Assembly (NCBI RefSeq): GCF_036321535.1
Contig: NC_087436.1
Coordinates: forward strand, 33,544,001-33,608,000
Reading direction: 5' to 3'
From: Camelus dromedarius
Lineage: Eukaryota
Length of the DNA stretch: 64,000 nt
Shown one piece after another: positions 1 through 12,320 of this stretch. Each line of letters begins with the position of its first letter. Position 1 is the stretch's first letter. Position numbers and translations under genes: made by a program. The notes under the pieces were generated by a model that was not told where the DNA came from, searched no databases, and saw only the letters and a program-made list of their open reading frames with translations.

Positions 1-1859
1 GAGAACCCCAGTACAAGCTTGCGTTTCCCTGATTAATACTTAAAGTCACATCTTAAAAAAGCTCACAAAGATTTCATGGAGTACAGTACGTCTCAAGGTT
101 CAGAAGGTATAAATCCTCATAATCTCTGCATTTTCATTTTCTTTAAATTGTGATTGAAAATAAATTGGGGGAAAAGGAATAGGCATATATACTAAAAGTA
201 CTTCTAAGCCAGAGTTGCTATTGCATAGATTAAAGAAGATATTTCAAGGGTCCAGCACCTTCAGTGCCAAAATTCAGCACTTAGGAAAGTATTTGGATGT
301 GTCTTCTAATGACTTTTTAAATGTCAATTTCACTTAACTTTTTCATTTTATCAAAAAAGATACAAATCCAAGTGGATAAACATGAAGGGAAACATTGTAA
401 ATACTAAAAAAAAAAAAATGTAAAAAATCAATTGTTTCATTTTGAGCTAATCGTAAGGTCATTAAAGGACGTGTAATCCTATAAAGTAAAACTCAAGTAC
501 TCTGGTAGACTAGAAGGTAGGTAGAAGAAATTTCAAACTTCAGTTTAAGAGAGCTTAGTTGTTTGTTTTGCTTTGTTTCATGTTGTTTGTTTTAAGATAA
601 AATTAAATATTGATTTTTTTTTAAAAAAGTCAAATGTTCTGAGTTAATCAAAGTAATTTTAGGAGATATTTTGTCATTATATAGTCACAACTTTCATACT
701 GAAAAAAAATGAAGTTTTAATTTCCTTACTAAAACAAAAATAAATTAAGATGGGACTCTGTCATTAGAATATTTTTCCAGTTCTAAGATTACTGAAGATA
801 ATATCCTCACTTATTTTCCATTAACACTTGATAGCAGCATCTTAAATGGGACAAATTTTATGAAATGACTTTGCTAAAAATAGATACAAAATTGAAGTAA
901 CTTGTCTTGAAACAAGTGCCAACAAATAGCAAGTTAAAGGCTTTCATCAACAGATGGCTCTTAGAAATCTAAATTTTCTCCATCTGTAAATGCTATGATG
1001 CAGTTTTTTAAAAACTCATATTTCTAGTTTATTAATAAAATAATTATTTGTTTTCAGACGTTTACAAAGGGAAAGTTCTCTGCATCAGTAATTTTTAATT
1101 TTGATCTGGAAATTAAGACAACTGTATTTGTTAAAAAGAAAAACCTAATTTGTTAAACTTCTTTAAAATTTGAGCTAAGAAAAAAATGTTCTTAATAAAA
1201 TCTTATTTTTTAACATAGAACCATTTAGGACATATTGAAATCTGTGTTTTTGAATATGTGTAGAATATTATTTCTACTAGTACTTATAGTAATATAACAT
1301 TATCTAAATGATCCTTTAAAATGATTTTGTGTTTCACTTTAAAAAAATAAAATGCTCATATTTTGCATATTGAATATATATTACAGAAGTAAATGATTGA
1401 AGCTTTATAGTTCTTGGTTCATCATTTTAAATAAATTATTGGAAAGTGTTTTATGACTAGATATTTACAAAGCATCTGAACTTGAAAGTGAAATACTAGG
1501 TTTTGGACTGCAAATTCTCAATCTAGTATTTTGCTTATATGTTTGTCTATAAATACTGGAAACGTCAAAATGAATGTGGTTTTCCCTGTACACCAAGACA
1601 ATGTGCCATAAGAGAGACAGCTGAACAAACAGATAATTAAAATATTATAGATAGGAAGAGGTATGTGCACTTAAAAAAAAAACAGGTAATTATGAGGTGA
1701 AAGCATGAGGACTAGGTGATTAATTTCATTGAGGGAGCCAGGAGGGGGAAGTCATCAGAATACCAGTCACTTTAATGGAAACAAGATACCACAATCCTAA
1801 ATAAAGTTAAAAAAAGTTTCCCAGTTAACACATAAGAGTTTCTTACTTCCTTTGTTGTT

Positions 1860-2235
1860 CTAACTGTATGGGTAACACTTCATACAATTCAGAGCACCAC
1901 ATTTACAAAGGACACTGAGGGACGAAACCATATTTGGATGAGAGAGAACAAGACAGTAATGGTAATAGGAGCCACTTCAGATGAGAAAACTGAGTAAACA
2001 AACTTGAGATACAACATTCTTTTCCAATATCTGAATAAGGGTTATTGAGAAAAGTTGTTCCCATAAAGAGAAAAAAAATTTAAGTAGATACAATTTGTTG
2101 AGAGGCAGATTTTAGTTTAATAACAGCTTGAAAAACACTACAAACCCCATGATCCATCTAACACCCCAGATCTTGTTACAGATAGTCTTGAACCCACCAT
2201 CCTTGGAGGTATCCCAGCAGGTACATAGAGGTAGC
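1860..2235 (+). mobile_element. L3/CR1 LINE relic (3' portion)
   Basis: Degenerate CR1/L3-like motifs: 'gcaccacatttacaaaggacact', 'aggcagattttagtttaata', 'ccatccttggaggtatcccagcag'. Recognised by eye. Confidence 0.45.
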
Positions 2236-4061
2236 ACTACTATCATAGAAATAGAATTAGTACTAGTAGTAGTAATAGTAATACTGTTGCTAATAAAAAT
2301 GGTAATGAAGGCAATTCTTTGTTTGAAACCTTGTTATGTATCTCCTTATTTACATGCATTTTTCTAGTTATATATTAATTACTTCTCTCTCAGGAAGGGA
2401 AAATGTTCATGTACAGTTGTATAAATAGGCATGGTTAACAGGAAAGACCTTTAGGGTCAGATACCATGGCAGTATTCTTGCACTTCTGTGATCCATATGA
2501 TAAGGGCTGAACCCTCATCCAAGACTGGGCAACCCTCTTCTTTCTGCCTCCTGGTCCACAGGTATAGCCAGGTTTCTCAATCTCTCTCTGTCTTTCTTCA
2601 CATCTCAACATTTCAAGTCCCAGGAGATGCAAAGAAACATCTTATTTTAGAACATATTAGTAAGGCTGATTCTCTTTCTGTCATGACTGTTTTTCATTTT
2701 GTATGGTGCCTGCTTATTTAAGAACACTTAGGAGAGGAGCTTCCCTAACCCCTGGCTCACTGCTGTTGTAATACCAAAGTACGATTCCTGACTTCTGTTG
2801 GTACTCGGTAATATACTTTTCAAGAAGTTGCTTCCATATGCTTATATTTAGGAGTTGCAAAAACTTTAGGAGTTTATTTTCTTAAAATATTGAGTGATAT
2901 TAATTCTCTAGGAAGGCACTCAGTTTCAACTTACTGTTTTTGATTTCTCCCCTTTCTTATGCAAGGTAATAGGTTGCAGTGAATATGGTAGAGGAAGTTT
3001 CTGGTTTATAAAGGTGAATATTTGTAAGATGACACCTAAAAAATACCAAACCTTTAAATTCTAAGATTTTGTACTTTTGGTTATGAATGTCTTGCACATA
3101 ATAATTACCTTTGGATTCTACTTTATAGTTAAGTATATTGCTACAGATGATATGCTTTTAAGATTTACTATGCAACCTGAGTGAGTTTTCTCCTCTAAGT
3201 AATCATTTGCTCCATGGCACACAAACTGTTTTTTGTATATAAGGATTGGGACTACACCAGGTAGTTATCCTGTTGAGATATACTGAATTAGAATTCACTT
3301 CATGTTTTCTTTTACTCGACATAAATAACGCACAAGACAACATGCCAAGTGTAAGATGAGAAATCTTGTTGAATATCAGGCTCTTGAGCTTTGATCTCGG
3401 CTACCATTTTGTATTGTGGTATGGCATGTCTGACTTAGAAGTTATAAAATGTTTTAAAGACCTACACTAGTGAGGATAAAAATGAAAAGGGCTATCAGTT
3501 CTCAAACTTCAGGGCATTAGCTGCTTTCCAGATGGCTTCAGGAAAAATATACCCTCTGGTGTAGTATTTGGGGCATTAGCTAGGTTTTATGTTTTTTTCC
3601 TTCAAAACTTGGCAATGACAACTTTTAAAACAAAATGGTTAAATAAATACCTCTTCATTGTGCTTTGCCAGTTCTAACAGACGTTTTTCAGTGTGTATAA
3701 CCACAAAATTCAATTACAATTCACATTTCCATAACTTTCACAAAGCACATGGAATTACTGCTGTCTTAGGAAGTATTGAAAAACACTGCCTTTTTCAATA
3801 TCATTTTAACAGGTAATTATGATTATTTATAAAATTATAGGTAAAAATAATCTACCTGTGATTTTAAGCACTGATATATTTTTGAAAGATACTAAGAAAG
3901 GGAAGTATTTGATGTGTTCTGGTAAGTGCAGAAATGCAAAAATTTAAAGTTGTGGCTTTTGCAGTGTTGATTGGATTTCAATGACTGTATTTTATTGAGA
4001 ATTTAATTATTAAACCAAATATTTAAACTCTTAGAAAATTAAAAACCGAGTACAGAGATAA

Positions 4062-4130
4062 GATTCTTCTCAAAATTTGGTGTGCATCACAATCACCTGA
4101 AAATTTCTTAAAACTAGAAAATCCTTCCCA
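4062..4130. mobile_element. MER5A-like hAT-Charlie fragment
   Basis: 'ttctcaaaatttggtgtgcatcacaatcacctgaaaatttcttaaaac' resembles a MER5A terminus. Confidence 0.45.
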
Positions 4131-4529
4131 GATTTTTTGGAGTCATTAATATTTACTATAAGATCAAGCTTTTAATGCTCCATGTTATGCTAAAAATAAC
4201 TGATGTGTATTTGGACAGTACTCCAACAATTTAAATAATACTTGTAATTAAAATACTGAGTTTTTGAGTTAAAAAGTTCAACATGATTGAGATTGTACTG
4301 CACCTTTAGATAAATTTAAAGAGAATCAGTATTTTAATAAAACTGAGTTTTCTAGTAGATGAATATATTTTCTATATATTTCTTTATTTTCTCTCAGCAG
4401 TATTCTATAGTTTTCAATGTAGATATTTTATTATTCTTAAACATTTTATATTTTAAATTATTTAAATGCATTATGTTTATATTTCTTGAATTGATTCCTA
4501 ATATGAAGTAGAAATATAATGGATTTAGT

Positions 4530-4800
4530 TTTCTCCAGAGTATTCTTGGAAATGTGTACCAGGGAATGTTTGCAAGAATATTCTTAGCAGTACTCTTCAC
4601 AATACCAAAAACTATAAATACATGAAATGTTCACTTTAAAGTGGCTAAGTAAAGCCTGATATTCACATATTAAAAATAAATGACAACTACATACAACACC
4701 TTAAATTTTAAAACACATTTGAGAATGAAAAAAGCTAGTTCTTAAAGACTACACAGGTATATCACTTTTATACAATTTAAAAATCAAACAGTATCATTTT
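4530..4800 (+). mobile_element. Ancient L1M ORF2-end/3'UTR fragment
   Basis: 'aagaatattcttagcagtactcttcacaataccaaaaacta' is a decayed L1 ORF2 C-terminal ([11 protein letters not shown]) region. Confidence 0.5.
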
Positions 4801-5145
4801 ACAATGAAACTACTTTTTAAATTTTTTTTTTTTTTTACAACAAAGGGGAGAAAAGCTGAAAAAAAAATCCTTCCTTTTATGAAGGTTTTGTTTTCATAGC
4901 TGGAAGTAGACTTTACATAATGGGACAGATAACTATGAAATATGGAGATGGATTATAAAAAGTGAGGTGTGGTATATATGATGAGAGATAGGCAGAGATC
5001 CAGGTGCAGAGAAGATAAAGCCAGATCTATATTCACAGACACATTGTGGTCAGGGAAATGTGGATGAGTGCAAGCATAAGGGATTTGAAGGCAGTTGTGT
5101 GCTAGAAAATGTTTACAGACTATGTGGTATAAATATTTAAGCTCA

Positions 5146-5197
5146 GTTTTCTTTAAATTGAGGTATAGTCAGTTACAGTGTGTCAATTTCTGGTGTA
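5146..5197 (-). mobile_element. Very short lineage-specific L1 3' tail
   Basis: 'aattgaggtatagtcagttacagtgtgtcaatttctggtgta' is near-identical to the L1 3' ends at 51610 and 47672. Confidence 0.8.
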
Positions 5198-5919
5198 AAC
5201 TATCAGTTCGGTACTACTATAAACGTGGCAGGTAGGGATGGTTCTCGGGAGGCAATAGTCTCTATCACACCATGATCAAAGGTGGATGCCAGGAAAAACT
5301 TCTAAAAGTTTAATTTAAAAAAAAAAGTAAGTTCAATATAGAAGATGACAAATTAAAATATTTAATAAATTAAAATATTAAATAAATTATAGGTCTTATA
5401 TTTGAGTATTATAATTGGAATATTAGAGGGAGAATAGAATATGGCTGTGGTACAGAGAGTGGAGGTTAAATAGAGATAATGGTGGAGGTGCACTCATTAG
5501 AAGTAACAGATTTTCCTATTTCATCATGTAAATGAGTAGCTGAGATGGCATAAGGAAAAGAAGTCAAGATAATAGAAGACTAGGGTTCTAAAAGGATCTG
5601 ATATGTTGATACTGAAATCATAAATTCTATAAGAAGAGGTGGTGAATTCAGATGTTAAAATCTTCAATAAATGTAAAGGAAGTGATCTATCCAGACATTT
5701 GGAGACTTTACATATGCAAGTAGCGGTGCGGAGCCTGGAGGATACATGCTCAATCTCCAGGTTTGCGGTAGTAGAGTACGGGAAGCACTATTGGGGGGAA
5801 CACCCCATACACACACCCATACACACTTGAGAGAGTTGTGACTTACGCATCCTAATCTCTGAACAGTGGCATCATTTTCATCAGGCTGCTTTGGGAAAGA
5901 AGTTAGAACAATCAGGTAT

Positions 5920-6985
5920 TACCTATTTTTTTCTGAAATATATTGTATAAAATTGGTGTTAATTATTCTTTGATTATTTTGTAATATTCTTCAGTAAAAC
6001 CATAGGGACTTGAAGATTTATTTTTGGAATCCTCTTAATAATGTAGATAATTTCTTTAACTTCACAGGATTTCGATTTCTGCTTTCATCTTGATTAAATT
6101 TTAGTAGTCTTCTCTCTTATTATTGTTAGCCTTACTAGAGGTTTATCAGGTTTATTTATTTTCTCAAAGAGTCAGCTTTTTTCAATGACTTCTACTGTTT
6201 TCAAATTCATTGATTTCTCTTTGCATATTTATTGTTTCCCTCCTTCTGCTGGATTTGGGTGTATTTTACTTTTTTTCCTCGGTTCTTGAGGTAATAACTT
6301 AAATTTTCAATTTGATTCTTTCCTCTCTTTTAATGTAAGCCTTTAGTGCAATAAGTTTCCTTTTTAGCACTGCTTTATCTATGTCCCACATACTTTGATA
6401 TTTTGTATTTAATTTTTAGTCAGTCCTATGATTCTAAATATTTAAAATTTTCTTTTAGACTTACTCTTTGTCTCATGGATATTTTTAGAAGTATATTGCT
6501 TAATTGTCACTTATACAGAGATTTTTCTGTTGTCTTTCAATTATTGATTTTAGTTGATTCTGGTATGTTAGATAACACACTCTGTATGATTTCACTTATT
6601 TTAAATTTTTTGAGTTTGTTTTTTGGCCCAGGATGTGGGCTATCATGGTGAATATATAATCAGTGCTAAAAAAGAATGTGGTTTTTTTCTGACTTCGTTA
6701 GGAATTTTTCTGATGTATTACTATTACATACAATTTTTTTTCTAACTCTAGTGCTAAGAGATTTTTATCAGGGACAAGCATTGACTTTCATCAAATGCTT
6801 TTTCAGGATTTGTCTGTTCCCATCTCTTAATAAATAGGCTTCTGAATGCTGAAGCATCCTTGTATTTCTGGGAAAGACTCTTTGTTGTGATATTTAATTC
6901 TTTTTACATTGCTAGATTTAGCATGCTGATGTTTTATTTATAATTTTTCATTGATTTATAAATGGGATGGGCATAAATTTTGCTT
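5920..6985 (-). mobile_element. Old L1M ORF2 fragments
   Basis: T-rich antisense L1 ORF2 signatures such as 'agcactgctttatctatgtcccacatactttgata' and 'catcaaatgctttttc'. Confidence 0.7.
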
Positions 6986-6989
6986 TATA

Positions 6990-7600
6990 TGTGTGCTTTC
7001 TGTGCTCTCTCAGCTCCAAGCCTACTCGTCTGTGATGCTAGGGCTGGAACCCTGCAAACCACATTTCTGCTTTGCCAGATGCCTTCTTCTTAGTCTCTAA
7101 CAAAAGAGATCGCAAGGCTAGAAGAGGAAGAAGGGACTTGCCCCTTCCTGACAGCTTGCTGTGATCTTCCTATCTGCTTCCGTTTCCTGTGTGTGGTGTC
7201 TTGGCAACACTTCTTCACCCAGCCAGCAGCAGGTCCTTTCCGTAACAGCTGTATCCAGTTTGTGATTTTTCCAACAGTCGCAGCATGCTCCACACTCCTC
7301 CATCTCCCCACCACTCAGAGATAGCAGCACAGGTAAGGCCATAGCCTCTCTTCAGATTTAGTTCATAGGGACCCTCCTCCATACTTCTGTGTTTTAATAC
7401 TTTCAACTTATTTCCTTTATTCTTTCACGTCCTAAGGTGTAAACTGCTCTCTGCAGCTGCTCAATTCTGACTTCCCATCCTATCCTTTCAGTTACTCGGG
7501 TAACAACTTTACATCTAGTTTCATTTCTTTCCATTATGTTATTATTTTTTTTATAACTGTAAGGGTTTCTTCCTCCTGATTAGACCTTCACTGGTCTGAT
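6990..7600 (+). mobile_element. ERVL solo LTR (LTR33-like) nested in L1M
   Basis: GC-richer block with 'ctgcaaaccacatttctgctttgccag' and terminal 'ggtttcttcctcctgattagaccttcactg'. Antisense L1 sequence continues on both sides. Confidence 0.6.
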
Positions 7601-8270
7601 ATGCTTGTCTGGCTTTACTAACAGGGTCTGTTAGCCTCTTGGAATGAATTAGGAAATTTTTCATATTTTTTTGTCTGTTCCTTGAAGTTCAGTAAAACTC
7701 TGCTATCAGTACTTCTGAGCCTGTTGCCTTTTAATAGGTATATATTGAAACTAACTTTCAATTTCTTCTATGAATATAGGTCTATTTGATTTTTCTGTAT
7801 CTTCTTGAGTCAATTTTTATAATCTGTATTTTCCAAGAAAATCATCCATTTCATCTTTATTTTCAAATTTGTTCCTGTTGTTAATAGTATTCTCTTAAAA
7901 TTTTATTATCACTTATTCTACTTTTCCTGATTATAGAATTTTAGATTCAAATCAAATTCTTTCAGGCCTCTGAAAATTTGGTCTATTGTCTTTTATCATT
8001 CTGCCAATGAGAAGTCTCTTACTACTCAGCTTCTCTTTCTTTTGTAGAGAAAGATTTCCTTTCTCTTTTCTTTATTCTTCCTTTATAAAAGTTTTCCATT
8101 AAAAAAAAAACATTTTTAGAGTTAAGAATTTTCACAAGGTGGATTTAGTTGCATTCATTCTGTTTATTATTCTTGGAGCCTTTTGAATGTAAAAGAGAGT
8201 GTCTATTCAGTTCTATAATTTTTTTTCTATTGCTTTGATAATCTTTGATAATCTTCTCTATCTAGAAATC
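7600..8270 (-). mobile_element. Old L1M ORF2 fragments
   Basis: 'aggtctatttgatttttctgtatcttcttgagtcaatttt' and 'tccatttcatctttattttcaaatttg' are antisense L1 motifs. Confidence 0.65.
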
Positions 8271-8579
8271 TTATGATGAATCGTGGACCAACTTCCACTA
8301 CCACCATTGATGGAATAATGGGACTGAATTTACGCTCTTGCCTTAAACAATTAGAAATCTAGACAAATAAAGTTTTTTAGGCATTGGGTAATAGAAGTCA
8401 GGACTATCATCCCTGAGAAAAGTGAAAGAAATGAGGTGAGCCTTATGATAAGGTCAGCTTCTGAAGGGAGGCAGTTTCCAGGCCACAGTGCAGGAAGGAT
8501 GTAGCCGAACAGAACTCACCTGGCAATCTTGTTGGGTTGAGGAGATGGAAGTCAGAGTTTGGGGAGGTGTCATTGCTCA

Positions 8580-10210
8580 ACTATCAGACTGACAAAAACT
8601 AAAAATTATGACCACACTTTCTGTTGCAAGACTGTGGGGAAACAGGCAGACTCACACATGCTCAGGGGGGATACAAATTAGTAAAACTCTTTTTTCTTAG
8701 TATATATTTTATTGTATTATAGTCAGTTGTATTAGTTTCTGGTGTACAGCATAATGCTTCAGTCATACCTGAACATACATGTATTTGTTTTCATATTCTT
8801 TTTCACAAGTAACTACAAGATATTGAATATAGTTCCCTGTGCTGTACAGTATGAACTTGTTTATTTTATATATTTATTAGTTAGTATCTGCAAATCTTGA
8901 GCCCCCAGTTTATCCCTTCCCACCCACTTTACCTACTGGTAACCATAAGTTTGTTTTCTGTCTGTGAGTATTTCTGTTTTGTAAATAAGTTTGTTTGTCT
9001 TTTTATTTTTTTAGATTCCACATATAAGTGATATCATATGGTATTTTTCTTTCTCTTTCTGGTTTACTTCACTTAGAATGACAAACTACAGGTCCATCCA
9101 TGTTGCTGCAAATGGCATTATTTTATTATTTTTTTCTGGCTGAGTTGTATTCCACTGTATAAATATACCACAGCTTCTTTATCCAGTCATCTGTCATTGG
9201 ACATTTAGGTTGGTTCCATGTTTTGGCTATTGTAAATAGTGCTACTATGAACATTGGGGTGCATATATCTTTTTGAATTAAGGTTCTCTCTGGTTATATG
9301 CCCAGGAGTGGGATTACTGGGTCATATAGTAAGTCTATTTTTAGTCTTTTGAGGAATCTCCATACTGTTTTCTATAATGACTATACCAGATTACATTCCC
9401 ACCAACAGTGTAGGAGGGTTCCCTTTTCTCCACAGCCTCTCCAGCATTTGTCATTTGTGGACTTTTGAATGATGGCCATTCTGACTGGTGTGAGGTGATA
9501 CCTCATTGTAGTTAGTAAAACTCTTCATGAAGAAAATTTGGCAATGCTTTACAGTAACTACATATGTACTTATTTTCTGAACCAGCAATCCCATTTCTAG
9601 AAATGTACCTTGAAGATACACCTTCAACAATAATATCTATACCTACATCTTTATCTATATCTATACACACATACTCATGCAGTTATTCATTGCATTGTTC
9701 ACAACTGCAAAATACTAAACAACCTAAATGCCCCAATATAGGAGACTAGCTGGATAAACTATGTCACATCCACACAACTAAATATTATGCTGCTATACAA
9801 AACAAGGGGAAGATTTCTATGAGTAGTCTCCAGGATGTATTGCCAACCGAAAAAGAAGCCAAGTACAAAAGAATGCATATAGTATGCTATCCTTCCTGTA
9901 AGAAAGAAGTATATAAGAAAATATACATGCTTCTGTGCAGAAGAAATACAGGAAAGATAATCCAGGAACTTGAAATTGTTACCTGTGAGGAGTAGATGGA
10001 AATGAGTTGGAAAGAATTGGAGAAGGGGAATGGCATAGTATGGGGGAGATAGGTGGTGATACTTCTCTGAACATACTTTTGGATAGCCTTGATTCTTAGA
10101 ATCGTAGTAATGTTCATATGCCAAAAAATAATCAATTAATATCAACTATGAATGTATGAATGGGAGTGGGGGGCATGGGGAGACCCAAAATGGAATACAG
10201 ATAGTGAAAA
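8580..10210 (+). mobile_element. Old L1 (L1MC/MD-like) ORF2 end and 3'UTR, split by a younger L1
   Basis: 'ccagcaatcccatttctagaaatgtacc' and 'aacaacctaaatgcccc' (ORF 9564..9749 EPAIPFLEMY...KQPKCP). The sequence is contiguous once 8692-9525 is removed. Confidence 0.75.
8692..9511 (-). mobile_element. Lineage-specific 5'-truncated L1 with 14-bp TSD
   Basis: T-rich tail at the left end, followed by L1 3'UTR and ORF2 C-terminus. Perfect TSD ttagtaaaactctt at 8678-8691 and 9512-9525. Confidence 0.95.
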
Positions 10211-10219
10211 AAAATTGCA

Positions 10220-11340
10220 TTCTGTTGCTAGATATTTATCTATGTCAATTAGTTTGCATTGGTTGACTGTGCTGTTTAGTTTTCTACATCTTTGTTGATT
10301 TTCTGCCTAGTAGTTGTATCAGTTGCTGACTGAGTGTTAAAATCACCAAATACAATCATATATTTGTCTATTTCTCCCTCCTGCCTTGTAAGTTTTTGCT
10401 CCATATATTTTTAAGTTTTGTTGTTTTGGGCATAACATTCATTATCATTAACGTTCATTATGTCTTTTTGGTAGAAGGATTCTAATATCATTATATAATA
10501 TTCCTCTTTATCTAAGAATTATCTTTGAGGTCTGTTTTATTGGATATATCATATCTATTCCTGCTTTTAAAAAATAATGTTTGCATGATATATCTTTCCT
10601 TATATTTTAACTTACATTTTACCTTTGTCATTGAATCTGTGGTGAATTTCTTGCAAGCTGCATACAGTTGGGTCTAGTTTTTTAAATTCATTCTGCCAAT
10701 CTCTTTCATCTGATGTATTTAGACCATTTACATTTAAGACAATTATTGATATTTTATGGCTTTAATCTTTTCATTTTATTATTTGTTTTCTATTTGTTTT
10801 ATTCATGTCTCATATTTTCTTATTTGGGGGAATGCTCGACATTTTTTTGTAGAATGCTATGTTGATTTATTTATAAATCTCTGTTGGCACCTGTAGATGC
10901 TGGAGTCAGTAGAGGGAACTGGAGTACCAGCTGACCCTGCTTCCCACCACCTCATTTAGTCTCATTACTGGTGGGGACATGTCAAAGTTCTGGTCTCCAG
11001 CTGGGTCCTGCTAACAACAAGTTAGTGAGAAAGTAGAGTGTTCCTCAATTCACAGTGTCTCATTTATTTTTATTAATGCAGGGTGGGGTGGAGGCTCTAC
11101 TTGTGCCTAGGCCCTGTTAACACTTGGGGTGGGAGTAGGGTGGTGAAACGTGGTGATGACTAGCCCCACTCCATACTGTATTGTTATGCACTTTGCTGCA
11201 TTGTAGGTAGAGGCTTACCTCGCCACTAGACTCTGATGATACCACTCTGTTTCTGCAAGGAGGGAGATGGAACATCAGTCCTTCCTCTTCCCCCATCACT
11301 GAAGTCATGGAGGAGGTAGTTTCCATTGGTATTTCTTGGG
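10220..11340 (-). mobile_element. Old L1M: endonuclease region plus probable 5'UTR remnant
   Basis: 'tgtttgcatgatatatctttcc' and 'tttagaccatttacatttaag' are antisense L1 EN motifs. The GC-richer 10880-11340 part is tentatively L1M 5'UTR. Confidence 0.6.
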
Positions 11341-12044
11341 TGGAGTGTTAACCAGACAGCCCTTTTCTAGGCTTTCTATGGAGCCTTCAGACAAAGGAAT
11401 TAAATCTATTAAAAATATTTGTCAACAAATACATGAAACAAAATTAATAACATTCATCAAATCAGTATATTATCTATTGATGAAATTAATATAATAATGT
11501 GAAAAATTAGAAATACTATTGTGAATAGAACAAGTTGTTTCTGATAAATGTGTTGCAATTCTGGTAGTCGTCTTTGAGTTCACTTGGGAAAATTAACAAG
11601 GTAAATAGGTGGTACTATTAAAAAAAATGTTCTCCATAAGAATGATGAATGTGAACCAGTATAAGATAAAGCTGTAATGATTTTTAAATAGTACTGTTTA
11701 AAGGATGTGAAAATCAATTGAACAGACAGTTGTTTATAAAGATTGATATATTATAAACAGACTTTTTCAAATCAACATGAAGTAGGAAGATGACTTGGTT
11801 AAGGGCAGTGGTATAATTGTTCACTCTGAGCAGAAGTAGTCCTTTAAAAAATTCCAAAAAAGAAGATAAGAAAATGTGAAGCAAGTCAAGTATAAGTAAA
11901 TATATGGAACCCTTGGTTAATTTTGTATCTCTTACCTGTGTTGGAGTTTTAGCCACAAGGAAAACTTGACTTTTTTAATTTAACCTGAGCAAAACAACAG
12001 AAACATTACGCAAATAAACAACTGACAGCCACATGGCGTTCATT

Positions 12045-12320
12045 TAATAATTATTATTTAGACTCCTCTGTACACCAGGCTTTATTCTAGGTCCTGGGGA
12101 ACATGCTAAGGAGTTACACAGCCAACATCCCTGCACTTGGATATTTATGTTCCATAACAGTTTGACTAATCATTAACAAGTAAACAAAGAAGACTATTTT
12201 CAACAGTGGTAATTGCCTTGAATATAGTGCAGAGAAAGAATAGGGAATAAACTGCATAGGTGGGTAGTCAGGGAAGGCTTTAAGGCAGTTCCTTGTGAAA
12301 TTTAGCCTTCATGACTCAGA
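12045..12320 (-). mobile_element. L2 LINE 3' fragment
   Basis: 'tttagactcctctgtacaccaggctttattctaggtcctgggga' and 'gggtagtcagggaaggctt' are L2 3'-end motifs. Confidence 0.6.

Noticed and set aside
5350..5392. 17-bp tandem duplication (aaattaaaatatttaat), and similar short duplications near 8230 and 13930
   Set aside because: Ordinary slippage in AT-rich DNA.
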